The notes beneath the pieces were generated by a model. The model searched no databases and was not told where the DNA came from. It worked only from the letters and a program-made list of their open reading frames with translations. A stretch of 64,000 nt of DNA from Bacilli bacterium. GTDB taxonomy: Bacteria > Bacillota_I > Bacilli_A > JBKEDG01. The translations under genes and the position numbers were made by a program. Shown in pieces: positions 1 through 9,445 of this stretch; the first letter of the stretch is position 1; the number at the start of each line of letters is the position of its first letter. Location: assembly GCA_047975285.1 (NCBI GenBank), contig JBKEDG010000011.1, positions 6,777 through 70,776 on the forward strand, in the 5' to 3' direction.

Positions 1-3000
1 GCGGAGTATACAACCAATAAGAATTCAACTCCAGTTGATTTTGCAGATAAAATAGCTGGTAATGGTGCTTATATGCAAGTGAATACCTCTTCATTAAATC
101 TAGCAGATGGAGAAATATTGACTTCTATTAAGGTTCATCTATCTGATATTGTTTCTGGATTTACTATTGTTGATAGTTTAAATAGAGCATCAGTACATTT
201 TAGAATATTAAATGGGGTATCAAATGCATCGATGACATCATCAATATATGATAAAAATGATAAAGAAAATACTATTCAAACAAGCAATGTAACAGTTAAG
301 GATGTAGCTAGCAGCAAAGAAACTAGTAGTAATAGTTCTGTAAAAATTACTAATAATGCAACAGTCGTTAGTAGTATAATAGCAGGAGATAGTCTTGATT
401 TTGAAGGAACTATTAAACTGCATCGTAACTTTTATGGAAATACTTTAGCGATGAATGCTCCTGAGATTTACCTTCGTGAAATGGAAGGGTTTACTCTTGG
501 GATTGATGATTTAAAGTTAAAAGATCAAAATGGAAATGATGTAGAGTATGAAGTAAAAGAACATACTGGAACTGACGGAAGTAAAATATATAAAATCATA
601 ACTACAAAAGATACCTCAATTGGTTTTTGGTTTAATGGGAGAGAAAAATATTTAAAAATATCATTGCCTATCTCAACAGATATCAAATTGACAGGAAGTT
701 ACAATAATAGAGATTTTATTGCTTTTGGAGCTAAAGGATTCAACTTTGCCCATGATTCAATAAATCAAAAGAGTTTAGTGGATTATATTGATTTTGATGG
801 AGACAAAAATACAAATGAGCGAATTAATAGTGTTATGTCCAGTGGTTTTGTAGTGTTGGAAAACAAGAATGTACTAGTAGAAACATTTTTAGCATTAGAA
901 GGAGAAGAACCAAAGGGATCATATGTAGAAGGTAATGATGAAACAGTTGCATACTTCACACCAGGAACCGACGCAAGTTATAGTGTAAATATAACAAATA
1001 ATGGAGATAGTGCAGCAAGTAAATTCAGTGCCTATGTACCAATACCAGATACTGGAGATAGTTTTGGGAAAGCCTTTCAAAGTGAACCATTTAAGTGGGA
1101 TTTAACACTAACAGATGGACTTAGTGATGTAGATGGTTTTGAAATATATTATGGAGTGGGGCTAAATGAATCAACATTCCAAGGAACAAGTAATTACTAT
1201 ACTTTATTAGACCTAATGTTAGCAGGACATACATTAGAAGATGTAAATATGGTCAAAATCGTTGGAACGGAGCCATTTGCACCAGGAGCAAGTGTAAAAA
1301 TCAAAGTACCATTAGTAGTAGATGAAACATTTGAAACAGCAACAAGTGGAGATAAGATTGGGAAGCGAAATGTCTATAACCCAGTGTATGAAGTAGAGAG
1401 TGAAACATTTGCAGGGGTACTAAATGGAACAAAAGTAGGGACAGAACTAGTTATAGCAGAAATAGGTGGACTAGTATTTATCGATAAAGATGGAGATGGA
1501 CTATATAATAGTGCTCTAGGAGATAATGTAGTAGCAGATCACGAAGTAGAGTTATATGGATTAAATGAGACAAGTGGGAAGTATGAGCCAGTCTTAGATA
1601 GTGAAGGTAAACAGTATAAGGTAAAGACAGATAAAAATGGTGTTTACTTGTTTGACTATACAACAGGACTAGGATATGGTAAGTATGGAGTAAGATTTGT
1701 AGAAACTGGAGGAGAGTATCAGTATACAGCAAATGTAAATAAGGTAGGTAGTGAAAGTATCAATAGTGATGCAATCGTAGCAAATGACATACCAAATGCA
1801 GGAGATAAGTATAGAGGATGGGTACTAGGAATAGATGCAACAAGAGAAGAAGCAAAGACAATAGGAGTCGGATTCTTAAAGTATAATCCACCAGTAGATT
1901 TAAAAGTAAACTTAACAGATGATGTTGTAAGTGTAAAAGCAGGAGAAAGTATAGTTGTAAAACCAACAATTGAGCCCGATTTCTTTGAAACAATCAAAGC
2001 AACAGATGGATATAAGTGGGAATTGGTAAATGCAAGTGATAGTACGTATGTAAGTCTATCAAACGCAACAAGTAAAAATGTAATTGTAGTTGGACAAACA
2101 ATGACTGCAAAGGATAAAATAGTAGAAGTAAAACTTACAATCAAAGATATCTATGGAACAGAGAAAAGTGATATAGTAAAAGTAAAAGTAACGCCAAATA
2201 CACCAGCAGCAGTAAGTGGAGAAGAGATTGTAACATATGTAGAAGATGCAACGAGTATTGATTACAAGGATGGGGTAAGTGCAAAAGATGCGTATGGAGA
2301 TGATATTACATTAACAGTAAGTAATATGAAGATAGATACGAGTAAGGTAGATACAAAAGAAGCAGGGACATATGAAGCAGTGTATAGTATTACAGATGCA
2401 TATGGAAATATAGCAAAGTATAGTAGAAAAGTAAAGATAAATGGAGATGTAAAACTAGTAAGTGCTAATCAAAAGTATGAGTTAGAGAATAATGATGTGC
2501 TAAGTTTAGTAAAGACAAATGCAACAGCAAGTTACTTAAAAGCAAGTGATACAGTAGGAAGTAGTGCAGAAAAAGTAAACTTAGATGTAGAAACGAATGT
2601 AAAGAGTTCAAATACAGGAGTACTAGATTTAACTAAAGCGGGAGCATATAAAGTAGAGTATAGTGCAACAAATAGCGATGGTAAGAGTGCAAGTAATGAA
2701 GTAGTAGTAAATGTAATTGATAACTATACAAGTCAAAGTGTTAACTATGCACTAAGAGCAAGATCATATAGTATAAAGTTAAGTGAAGTAGATAAGTTTA
2801 CAAAGTCAGAAGCAAAAAGTCTAGGAGAAGTGTTAGCATGGGATATGCAAACAGGAGATGACTTAACAACAGAAGTAGAACAGACAAGTTATGATAAGAT
2901 ATCGTCAGCAACAGAGTCAGGAGTCTATAAGTTAACATATAAGGTAATAAATGGGACAGAAGCATTAGAAAAAGAAGTAGTAGTACACGTATTAGGGGAA

Positions 3001-4701
3001 GATGATGTAGTGTCATCAGATAAGACAGTAGTGCTATATGCAAAAGACTATGTAATGAATTTAAAAGATGCAAGTGGATACACAAGTAGTAAGGCCATAG
3101 TAGCAAGTAAGACAAAAGCAGTAGAGTTTGAAAGTGGAAAAGACTTAGGAAGTGATAAGTTAAGCGCTGATGTAAGTAAAATAGTAAGTGCAGAAAGCGT
3201 AGGAAGTGTAGACACAAAAGTAAACTATGAAGGTAAAGTAGAAACAACAGTAAATACAAGCATAATAGATGAGAGTTATGTAGTAGGAACAAAGGATGTA
3301 ATTGGAGCAAGAAATATCGTAGTAAGTAAGTCAGACCTAGCAAGTATAAGTGATAGCGAAATTATAAAGCGGAGTGGAGTAAAAGCATGGAGAATAAATG
3401 ATGGAAGCGATGTAACTTATAGTGTAGATAAAAGTAAGGTAGGAAGTGAAGTAGGAAACTACGAAATAGAGTTTAAAACAGAAAATGGGACAAAGAAACA
3501 AATTACAGTAATAGTGTTAGATAACCCAGTATGTAATATTAGTTGTGAAAGTGTAGGAGTAAGCGAGGTACTAAGTGCAGTAAATGTCGCAGTGGAGTTA
3601 AGTGATTTAGTAAATTATGACTATGAGAGCGGGGCAAAACTAAAGGCATATAACGTAAATAATGTAGAAGAAATGAATGTAAATTATGATGCAAGTGCAG
3701 TAGAGAATAAAGCAGGAAGTTATGATTTAGTATCAAGTTCAAGAACAATAGTAACAACAACAAGAGTAACAACAGGAGATAATTTAGTAGTACAAGATGG
3801 AGTAGCAATAGCAGCATCAAATACGGAGTTTAGTTTATTTGAAGTACTAAGTTTAAAAGATAGTGATGAATTAGATAAAGAATTAAAAGAGAAGAGTAAA
3901 CCAAGAGTATGGAAAATAGCGACAAATGAAGAATTGGGAGAAGTAGAAATAGATTCATCAGTAATAGAAGTAAAAGATGTAGAAGCAGGAAGTTATGACA
4001 TAGTATATACATATGAAAGTAGTCTAAGAAGTAGTAAGAAGATAGAGACAAAATCAAAGATGAATATAGCAAGTGTAGTAGGAGAAGAGGATGCGATTTA
4101 TGCAAGAGACATAGCGCTAACAGCAGAAGAAGTAGAAAGCATCGATAAAGAGGAAGTAATAAGCCAAGCAAATATCAGAGCGTGGGAGATAGCAAATAAT
4201 AGTGATGTAGAGTATGAACTAGACATCAGCGAGTTAAAAGCAAAGCAAGGATATTATGAGATAAAGATAGAGACAGAATTAGGGACAAAACATAGTATTT
4301 ATGCATATGTAGGGAAGACAAACAGACCAGTTATGCACGTGATAGAAAATATTGTAATCTATGCAAATGATTATAGTGTAGAAGCGAAAGAATTAAAAGG
4401 GATGAGTGTCAGTGACCACGTAAAGAAATCAGAAGCATCTGTAATAACAAAGGGGACACACGAACCAGTAGAGATGTCATATGTAGATGTAGAAGGAATC
4501 AAGGCAAGTGCAGGAAAATACAATGCAGGATTTGGAGTAAAACCACAAATAAGTAGTGAGGATAAAATCTATTCAAGAGTAGTAGTAACAGTAAATGAAG
4601 AAACGGGAGAGTTATCAAAAACAGGAATAGAAACAAGCTATATAATGAGTGGATTAATCATAATTGGATTATTACTAATAAGAAAGACGGTAAGAAAATA
4701 G
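1..4701 (+). CDS. Giant cell-wall-anchored repeat surface protein (adhesin-like); 5' end lies outside the window
   Basis: Frame 1 is open from nt 1, before the first ATG at 73. It has a Cna-B/SdrD-like segment (GGLVFIDKDGDGLYN...TDKNGVYLFD). More than 10 degenerate ~85-95 aa Ig-like modules follow (e.g. VKAWRINDGSDVTYSV / IRAWEIANNSDVEYEL). The C-terminus carries LSKTG + hydrophobic helix + RKTVRK, a sortase-type sorting signal. Confidence 0.8.
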   Translation, partial: AEYTTNKNSTPVDFADKIAGNGAYMQVNTSSLNLADGEILTSIKVHLSDIVSGFTIVDSLNRASVHFRILNGVSNASMTSSIYDKNDKENTIQTSNVTVKDVASSKETSSNSSVKITNNATVVSSIIAGDSLDFEGTIKLHRNFYGNTLAMNAPEIYLREMEGFTLGIDDLKLKDQNGNDVEYEVKEHTGTDGSKIYKIITTKDTSIGFWFNGREKYLKISLPISTDIKLTGSYNNRDFIAFGAKGFNFAHDSINQKSLVDYIDFDGDKNTNERINSVMSSGFVVLENKNVLVETFLALEGEEPKGSYVEGNDETVAYFTPGTDASYSVNITNNGDSAASKFSAYVPIPDTGDSFGKAFQSEPFKWDLTLTDGLSDVDGFEIYYGVGLNESTFQGTSNYYTLLDLMLAGHTLEDVNMVKIVGTEPFAPGASVKIKVPLVVDETFETATSGDKIGKRNVYNPVYEVESETFAGVLNGTKVGTELVIAEIGGLVFIDKDGDGLYNSALGDNVVADHEVELYGLNETSGKYEPVLDSEGKQYKVKTDKNGVYLFDYTTGLGYGKYGVRFVETGGEYQYTANVNKVGSESINSDAIVANDIPNAGDKYRGWVLGIDATREEAKTIGVGFLKYNPPVDLKVNLTDDVVSVKAGESIVVKPTIEPDFFETIKATDGYKWELVNASDSTYVSLSNATSKNVIVVGQTMTAKDKIVEVKLTIKDIYGTEKSDIVKVKVTPNTPAAVSGEEIVTYVEDATSIDYKDGVSAKDAYGDDITLTVSNMKIDTSKVDTKEAGTYEAVYSITDAYGNIAKYSRKVKINGDVKLVSANQKYELENNDVLSLVKTNATASYLKASDTVGSSAEKVNLDVETNVKSSNTGVLDLTKAGAYKVEYSATNSDGKSASNEVVVNVIDNYTSQSVNYALRARSYSIKLSEVDKFTKSEAKSLGEVLAWDMQTGDDLTTEVEQTSYDKISSATESGVYKLTYKVINGTEALEKEVVVHVLGEDDVVSSDKTVVLYAKDYVMNLKDASGYTSSKAIVASKTKAVEFESGKDLGSDKLSADVSKIVSAESVGSVDTKVNYEGKVETTVNTSIIDESYVVGTKDVIGARNIVVSKSDLASISDSEIIKRSGVKAWRINDGSDVTYSVDKSKVGSEVGNYEIEFKTENGTKKQITVIVLDNPVCNISCESVGVSEVLSAVNVAVELSDLVNYDYESGAKLKAYNVNNVEEMNVNYDASAVENKAGSYDLVSSSRTIVTTTRVTTGDNLVVQDGVAIAASNTEFSLFEVLSLKDSDELDKELKEKSKPRVWKIATNEELGEVEIDSSVIEVKDVEAGSYDIVYTYESSLRSSKKIETKSKMNIASVVGEEDAIYARDIALTAEEVESIDKEEVISQANIRAWEIANNSDVEYELDISELKAKQGYYEIKIETELGTKHSIYAYVGKTNRPVMHVIENIVIYANDYSVEAKELKGMSVSDHVKKSEASVITKGTHEPVEMSYVDVEGIKASAGKYNAGFGVKPQISSEDKIYSRVVVTVNEETGELSKTGIETSYIMSGLIIIGLLLIRKTVRK

Positions 4702-4707
4702 GTAAAT

Positions 4708-4733
4708 AAGCACTGCTAATGCAGTGCTTTTTT
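4708..4733 (+). terminator. Rho-independent terminator of the adhesin gene
   Basis: Perfect 9-bp stem aagcactgc/gcagtgctt with loop taat, followed by a T run, 7 nt after the stop codon. Confidence 0.8.
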
Positions 4734-5136
4734 ATATAAAAATTTTGGATTATATTATCAACATCGTTATGAACTTTCGTACTCATTTTTATTTTATTTG
4801 TTTGATATAGGTTGTATATTCTAAAAAGTTTTTCATATTCCTTACCTTAGTTGTGGACTTACGAAAGCGTGGGTAAGTTTTGTTTTGTTAGATATAGTAA
4901 AATTAATCAATTATCACACTTTATTTTGGACAGTATACGTAATTGTATACTTGGTTATCATCAATGATAGTACAAAATCTTCTCATAAATATTTATTAGA
5001 TATAATAAACTTTATTATACTGTAAACACTTTATACACTGAATCTCAAATGATTCTATTGTAGCATTACACAATTTATGATATAATTTCAATGTACGTAT
5101 ATATTATGAGAGTATGTATTGCAAAGGGGAAATGTT

Positions 5137-6552
5137 ATGAAAAAAAATATAGTGGGATTATTAAGTATACTGTTGATGGTAGTAGTTTTATTACCTAAGA
5201 GTGCAGTAAATGCAAGTGGGGTAAAAAATGGTATAGGTAATACGATTTTTGAACAGTTTCCTGATCCCAATATGGCAAGTGCTGTTGCTGATGTGATTGC
5301 AAATGGTGATGTGAATGCAGTTATTGATCAGGAATTAGTTGATAACACACAGGATTTAATACTACGTGATAGTTCTATTACAGATATAACGGGGATTAGT
5401 GTATTTTCCGAACTAGATATTTTGGATTTAAGTAATAATGATTTAAAGACCTTACCAGAATCAGTTGGAGAGTTAAAGGAATTACAACTATTAACATTGT
5501 TTAATAATAATAGTTTAGCAACTTTACCAGAATCAATTGGGGAGTTGACAGAATTAAAAACTTTAAAAATAATGGGTGGAGATTTAGTAAGTGTACCAGA
5601 ATCAATTGGGAATTTAAGTGAACTAGAGGATTTACAACTGGCTAAAAACAATTTGGTGAGTATACCAGAATCAATTGGAGAGTTGAAAAAATTAAAAAAT
5701 TTACAGTTGTATGATAATAATTTGACAAGTTTACCAAGTTCAATCCTTGAGTTACCACAATTATTTAATTTGACAATATGTGGTAATTTGCTTCCAGAAA
5801 GTGCAGGGGCTCAAATAGAAGAGCAACAGAATGATTTAAATGTTAATCAAAGTTTTAATAAAAAATTAATGATTAGTAATAGTTCAGTTAAAGTTGAAGT
5901 TGGAAGTAAATCAGATTTTGAGACAATTGATTATGCTTCCATTTTAAAAATTGAGGAACAAAAAAAACAAAATGAGACAATTGAAGATTACAGTAAAGCG
6001 CTAAATAATTATGAGTATACGCTTGAATCGATTACTGATGAAGATGGAAATATTGTTGAGATAGATAGTTATTTTGATACTAGTGGTAGTGTGATTAAAG
6101 AAGGAACTGTTTTTGCTAAAGTTCGTGCAAATGGAACGGGTTTATTTGAAAATTCAAGTGAGAACGCTATAACAACTGATAAGGTAAAAATGCAATTTTC
6201 TAAACAAGTAAATAAGTATAATCTATTTTTAAATGTTATATATGATGATATTAATTATACTCATGCTTTTCCATTAGTTGCGGGAGAGTTGATAAAAAAA
6301 CCTAACGATGTAAAAAGAGACGGATATAAATTTATTGGTTGGAATACTAGTGTAGATGGTAGTGGAGTTATTTGGGATTTTGATAGTGATCTAATGCCAG
6401 CTAATGATTTGAATTTATATGCACAGTGGGAAAAAGTAGACTCTAATATAGAAACTCTTCCTAAAACTGGGTTGGGTATTAATTCTAGTATGATTTTGAT
6501 GTTTGGAGCTACTGTGTTATTAAGAAAAATGGTAAAGAAAAATAATAAGTAA
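5137..6552 (+). CDS. Leucine-rich-repeat (internalin-like) surface protein with LPKTG anchor
   Basis: ATG at 5137 is preceded by aaagggga. Signal peptide MKKNIVGLLSILLMVVVLLPKSAVNA. Seven or more 22-23 aa LRRs (L..LP.SIGEL..L..L.L..N.L). A Listeria/Bacteroides-type repeat (GYKFIGWNT..DGSG..WDFD...YAQW). C-terminal LPKTG + TM + basic tail. Confidence 0.8.
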   Translation: MKKNIVGLLSILLMVVVLLPKSAVNASGVKNGIGNTIFEQFPDPNMASAVADVIANGDVNAVIDQELVDNTQDLILRDSSITDITGISVFSELDILDLSNNDLKTLPESVGELKELQLLTLFNNNSLATLPESIGELTELKTLKIMGGDLVSVPESIGNLSELEDLQLAKNNLVSIPESIGELKKLKNLQLYDNNLTSLPSSILELPQLFNLTICGNLLPESAGAQIEEQQNDLNVNQSFNKKLMISNSSVKVEVGSKSDFETIDYASILKIEEQKKQNETIEDYSKALNNYEYTLESITDEDGNIVEIDSYFDTSGSVIKEGTVFAKVRANGTGLFENSSENAITTDKVKMQFSKQVNKYNLFLNVIYDDINYTHAFPLVAGELIKKPNDVKRDGYKFIGWNTSVDGSGVIWDFDSDLMPANDLNLYAQWEKVDSNIETLPKTGLGINSSMILMFGATVLLRKMVKKNNK

Positions 6553-6575
6553 AATTTTAAAGATGTATATGATAT

Positions 6576-6605
6576 AAAACACTTCAAATGGAGTGTTTTA
6601 TTATT
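6576..6605 (+). terminator. Rho-independent terminator after the LRR protein gene
   Basis: Stem aaaacact/agtgtttt with an 8-nt loop and a T-rich tail. Confidence 0.6.
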
Positions 6606-6642
6606 TATAAGTGTATAAAAGGTATTAAAAACAATTAAAATA

Positions 6643-6651
6643 TGGTACAAT
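6643..6651 (+). promoter_or_regulatory. Extended -10 promoter element (TGgTACAAT) upstream of nusB
   Basis: TGnTAxAAT motif 27 nt upstream of the SD-preceded ATG at 6678. The same tATGGTAxAAT box recurs before apbE (20051-20059), holA (28443-28451) and lepA (29860-29868). Confidence 0.4.
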
Positions 6652-6677
6652 ATATAATAAATAGTAGGGGTGAATTT

Positions 6678-7085
6678 ATGCGTAAAAATGAAGAAAGTTC
6701 AGAAGATATTTTAGCTAAAATTGAAGCAAGAAGATATGCTATAGGGTATGTTTATCAAATGATAGTTACTAATGATAGTGCTGAAAATGTGCTTTTGCAA
6801 CATCAGGAAGGTATGCATAAGTTTACTAGTATAGTTTGTAATGGCGTTAATGATAATCTGGCTGTAATTACTAAAGAGATTGAATCAAAACTTAATAATA
6901 AGTGGCCGTTAAATCGCTTAAATTTTATAGATAGAGCAATACTTTTTGTTGCTACTTATGAACTTATGTTTACAGATTTAAGTAGAATAATTATTATAAG
7001 TGCTGCTGTTGATTTAGCAAAGACATATTGTGATGATGATCGTTATAAGTTTATAAATGGAGTGCTTGATAATGTCGGAAAGTAA
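6678..7085 (+). CDS. nusB: Transcription antitermination factor NusB
   Basis: ATG at 6678 follows aggggtg. The C-terminal half (WPLNRLNFIDRAILFVATYELMF...DLAKTYCDD...KFINGVLD) is NusB-like. The nusB-xseA-xseB order is conserved. Confidence 0.8.
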   Translation: MRKNEESSEDILAKIEARRYAIGYVYQMIVTNDSAENVLLQHQEGMHKFTSIVCNGVNDNLAVITKEIESKLNNKWPLNRLNFIDRAILFVATYELMFTDLSRIIIISAAVDLAKTYCDDDRYKFINGVLDNVGK

Positions 7086-8409
7086 GAATCTTACGGTATC
7101 TGCCGTAAATAAATATATTCAATATATATTAAAAAATGATAAGTACTTGAAAAGTATTGAAGTCACTGGTGAAGTATCTAATTATAAGCCTCATCATACA
7201 AAACATATGTATTTTAGTTTGAAAGATGATGATGCTAGGATTGATTGTGTAATGTTTTCAAGTAGTGCTAAGAATGTTGATTTTTCTATGAAGAATGGTG
7301 ATAAGGTTATTATTAGTGGATATGTTGATGTTTATCCTGCAACTGGTAAGTATCAACTATATGCAAATAAGATAAAACTAGATGGAATAGGAGAGTTAAG
7401 TGTTAAGTTTGAAATGATTAAACAAAAATTAATGAAGGAGGGATTATTTGATCTTTTAAAACGAGATATACCTAGATTCCCTCAAAAAATTGGAGTTATT
7501 ACAGCGACTTCAGGAGCGGCAATTAAAGATATTTTAAAGACTATTGAGAGTCGTTATACTTTAGCAGAAGTAACTGTTTTTAGAACAATTGTGCAAGGTG
7601 AAAATGGAGCAAGTTCAATTATTAACTCCTTAAAATTAGCAAATAATTATGATTTAGATGTTTTAATAATTGGTCGTGGTGGAGGAAGCATTGAAGACTT
7701 ATGGAATTTTAATGAAGAAAGTGTGATAAGAGAAATTGTCAAATGTAAGTGCCCAATTATTTCTGGTGTTGGGCATGAAACAGATTTTACGCTAAGTGAT
7801 TTTACTTGTGATAGACGTGCTGCAACACCCACTGCTGCTGCTGTAATTGCAACACCAAATGCTAGGGATGAAATTATGAAATTTGATAATTTAGATGTGG
7901 TGCTAAGGTCTAAAGTTAAGTCGATTTATGAAAAGCAACAATTAATTTTAGAAAAGTATTCTATTGGGTATTTGTTTAAACTATTAAATAATGTATTTAT
8001 TAATGGTCAAATGGTTCATGCTAATGAGACGAAACGATTAGAAGATTTAATTGTTAAGAAAATTAGTAGTAGTTATTATCAACTTAATTTATTAAATTCT
8101 AGTAATCTGGGAAAACTTTTAGATAGAAAGTTATATAAGAATCAAGTAAAGTTAGAACATTATTTTAATAAATTGAAAACTAATATATCTAGATACTATG
8201 ACAAGAGTGAGCGAGAGTTTGAAAAATATGTAACTATTCTAGAACAAGTTAGCCCGCTTAAAATTTTATCTAGGGGATATAGTGTTAGTTATAGCAACAA
8301 TAAGGTGGTTAAATCTGTTGATGACGTGGGTGAAGATCTTAAATTATTGTTAGTGGATGGTCAAGTGAAGATGAGAGTAGAGATAAAAGAGGTGTTAAAA
8401 AATGGGTAA
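7072..8409 (+). CDS. xseA: Exodeoxyribonuclease VII large subunit
   Basis: N-terminal OB fold (VSAVNKYI...IEVTGEVSNYK) and catalytic core GRGGGSIEDLWNFNEE. Start is 7057 or 7072; GGAG lies 9 nt before 7072. Confidence 0.85.
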   Translation: MSESKNLTVSAVNKYIQYILKNDKYLKSIEVTGEVSNYKPHHTKHMYFSLKDDDARIDCVMFSSSAKNVDFSMKNGDKVIISGYVDVYPATGKYQLYANKIKLDGIGELSVKFEMIKQKLMKEGLFDLLKRDIPRFPQKIGVITATSGAAIKDILKTIESRYTLAEVTVFRTIVQGENGASSIINSLKLANNYDLDVLIIGRGGGSIEDLWNFNEESVIREIVKCKCPIISGVGHETDFTLSDFTCDRRAATPTAAAVIATPNARDEIMKFDNLDVVLRSKVKSIYEKQQLILEKYSIGYLFKLLNNVFINGQMVHANETKRLEDLIVKKISSSYYQLNLLNSSNLGKLLDRKLYKNQVKLEHYFNKLKTNISRYYDKSEREFEKYVTILEQVSPLKILSRGYSVSYSNNKVVKSVDDVGEDLKLLLVDGQVKMRVEIKEVLKNG

Positions 8410-8620
8410 AACAAAATTTGAAGAACAAATTGAAAAGTTAAAAGAATTAATAGTAAAGTTAGAAAGTGAAGAGATTACCCTTGATGAAGCGGTAGAACTA
8501 TATCAAAAAGGAATTAGAATTTCTAAAGACTGTAAGGATAAATTGAATCAAGCTAATGAAGTAATTAAGACTGTCGTTGATGAAAATGGCAACGAGGAAG
8601 AATTTAGTGAAGAAAAGTAA
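8402..8620 (+). CDS. xseB: Exodeoxyribonuclease VII small subunit
   Basis: 72 aa, with FEEQIEKLKELIVKLESEEITLDEAVELYQKG, and overlaps the xseA stop. Confidence 0.85.
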   Translation: MGKTKFEEQIEKLKELIVKLESEEITLDEAVELYQKGIRISKDCKDKLNQANEVIKTVVDENGNEEEFSEEK

Positions 8621-9437
8621 TTTTGAAGAAAAAATTAGTCTAGTTTTTGCCAATAAGTTAGGGTATAAGTTGTATGACGCTATGAATTATTCCTTAGTTT
8701 CTAGTGGAAAGCGATTTAGACCAAATTTAATATTCACTGTTGCAGATGTGCTTGGAATTGATAGTGAAGTTATGGAAGAGGTTGCTATTGCAATTGAACT
8801 CATTCATACTTATTCACTAATTCATGATGATTTGCCATGTCTAGATGATGACAGTTTAAGAAGAGGAGTAGCAACTAATCATGTGGTTTACGGAGAAGAT
8901 TATGCGCTTCTTGCAGGAGATAATTTGCAAAGTGTTGCTTTTGAATATATTTATAAAGCACTTGATAATGGGTTTGATATTAAATTATTAAAATTTTTTG
9001 CTAGAGCGTGTTCTAGAATGGTTGAAGGACAGTCGCTAGATATTGATGAAAACTTTAAAACTAATGTTAGTAAATTAGAACAAGTTCACAGATTAAAGAC
9101 AGGAGCATTAATCGAGTTTTGTATGGTTGCTCCCCTTTTTTACATAAAAGATTATTCTAAATTTGATCAGTTATTAAATGTTGGGGAAAACATTGGGCTT
9201 GCTTTTCAAATCAGAGATGATATTTTAGATGTTTTATATGATAGTGAACAGTTGGGAAAGTCTAGTAGTGATATTGACAATAACAAGATTACTTATCCTT
9301 CATTTTTAGGAGTAGACGCTAGTTGTGAAAAATTAGAACAAATATTAGATGATACGATAAAGATACTAATGAGTATTGAATGTTATAGTGAAGATTTTGA
9401 AAATTTGATAAAATACTGTAGAAATCGTAATAGGTAG
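8577..9437 (+). CDS. ispA: Polyprenyl (farnesyl/geranylgeranyl) diphosphate synthase
   Basis: FARM motif LIHDDLPCLDDDSLRRG and SARM motif FQIRDDILD. The true start is probably ATG 8586 or GTG 8607, which follows gaggaag. Confidence 0.85.
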   Translation: MMKMATRKNLVKKSNFEEKISLVFANKLGYKLYDAMNYSLVSSGKRFRPNLIFTVADVLGIDSEVMEEVAIAIELIHTYSLIHDDLPCLDDDSLRRGVATNHVVYGEDYALLAGDNLQSVAFEYIYKALDNGFDIKLLKFFARACSRMVEGQSLDIDENFKTNVSKLEQVHRLKTGALIEFCMVAPLFYIKDYSKFDQLLNVGENIGLAFQIRDDILDVLYDSEQLGKSSSDIDNNKITYPSFLGVDASCEKLEQILDDTIKILMSIECYSEDFENLIKYCRNRNR

Positions 9438-9445
9438 GTGATGTT

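Noticed and set aside
241-4171. Seven minus-strand ORFs (60-181 aa) inside the adhesin gene, translating to Leu/His/Tyr-rich low-complexity strings.
   Set aside because: They are antisense shadows of an extremely purine-rich coding strand. They have no SD sequences or recognisable motifs, and they overlap a 1542-codon ORF with clear domain structure.
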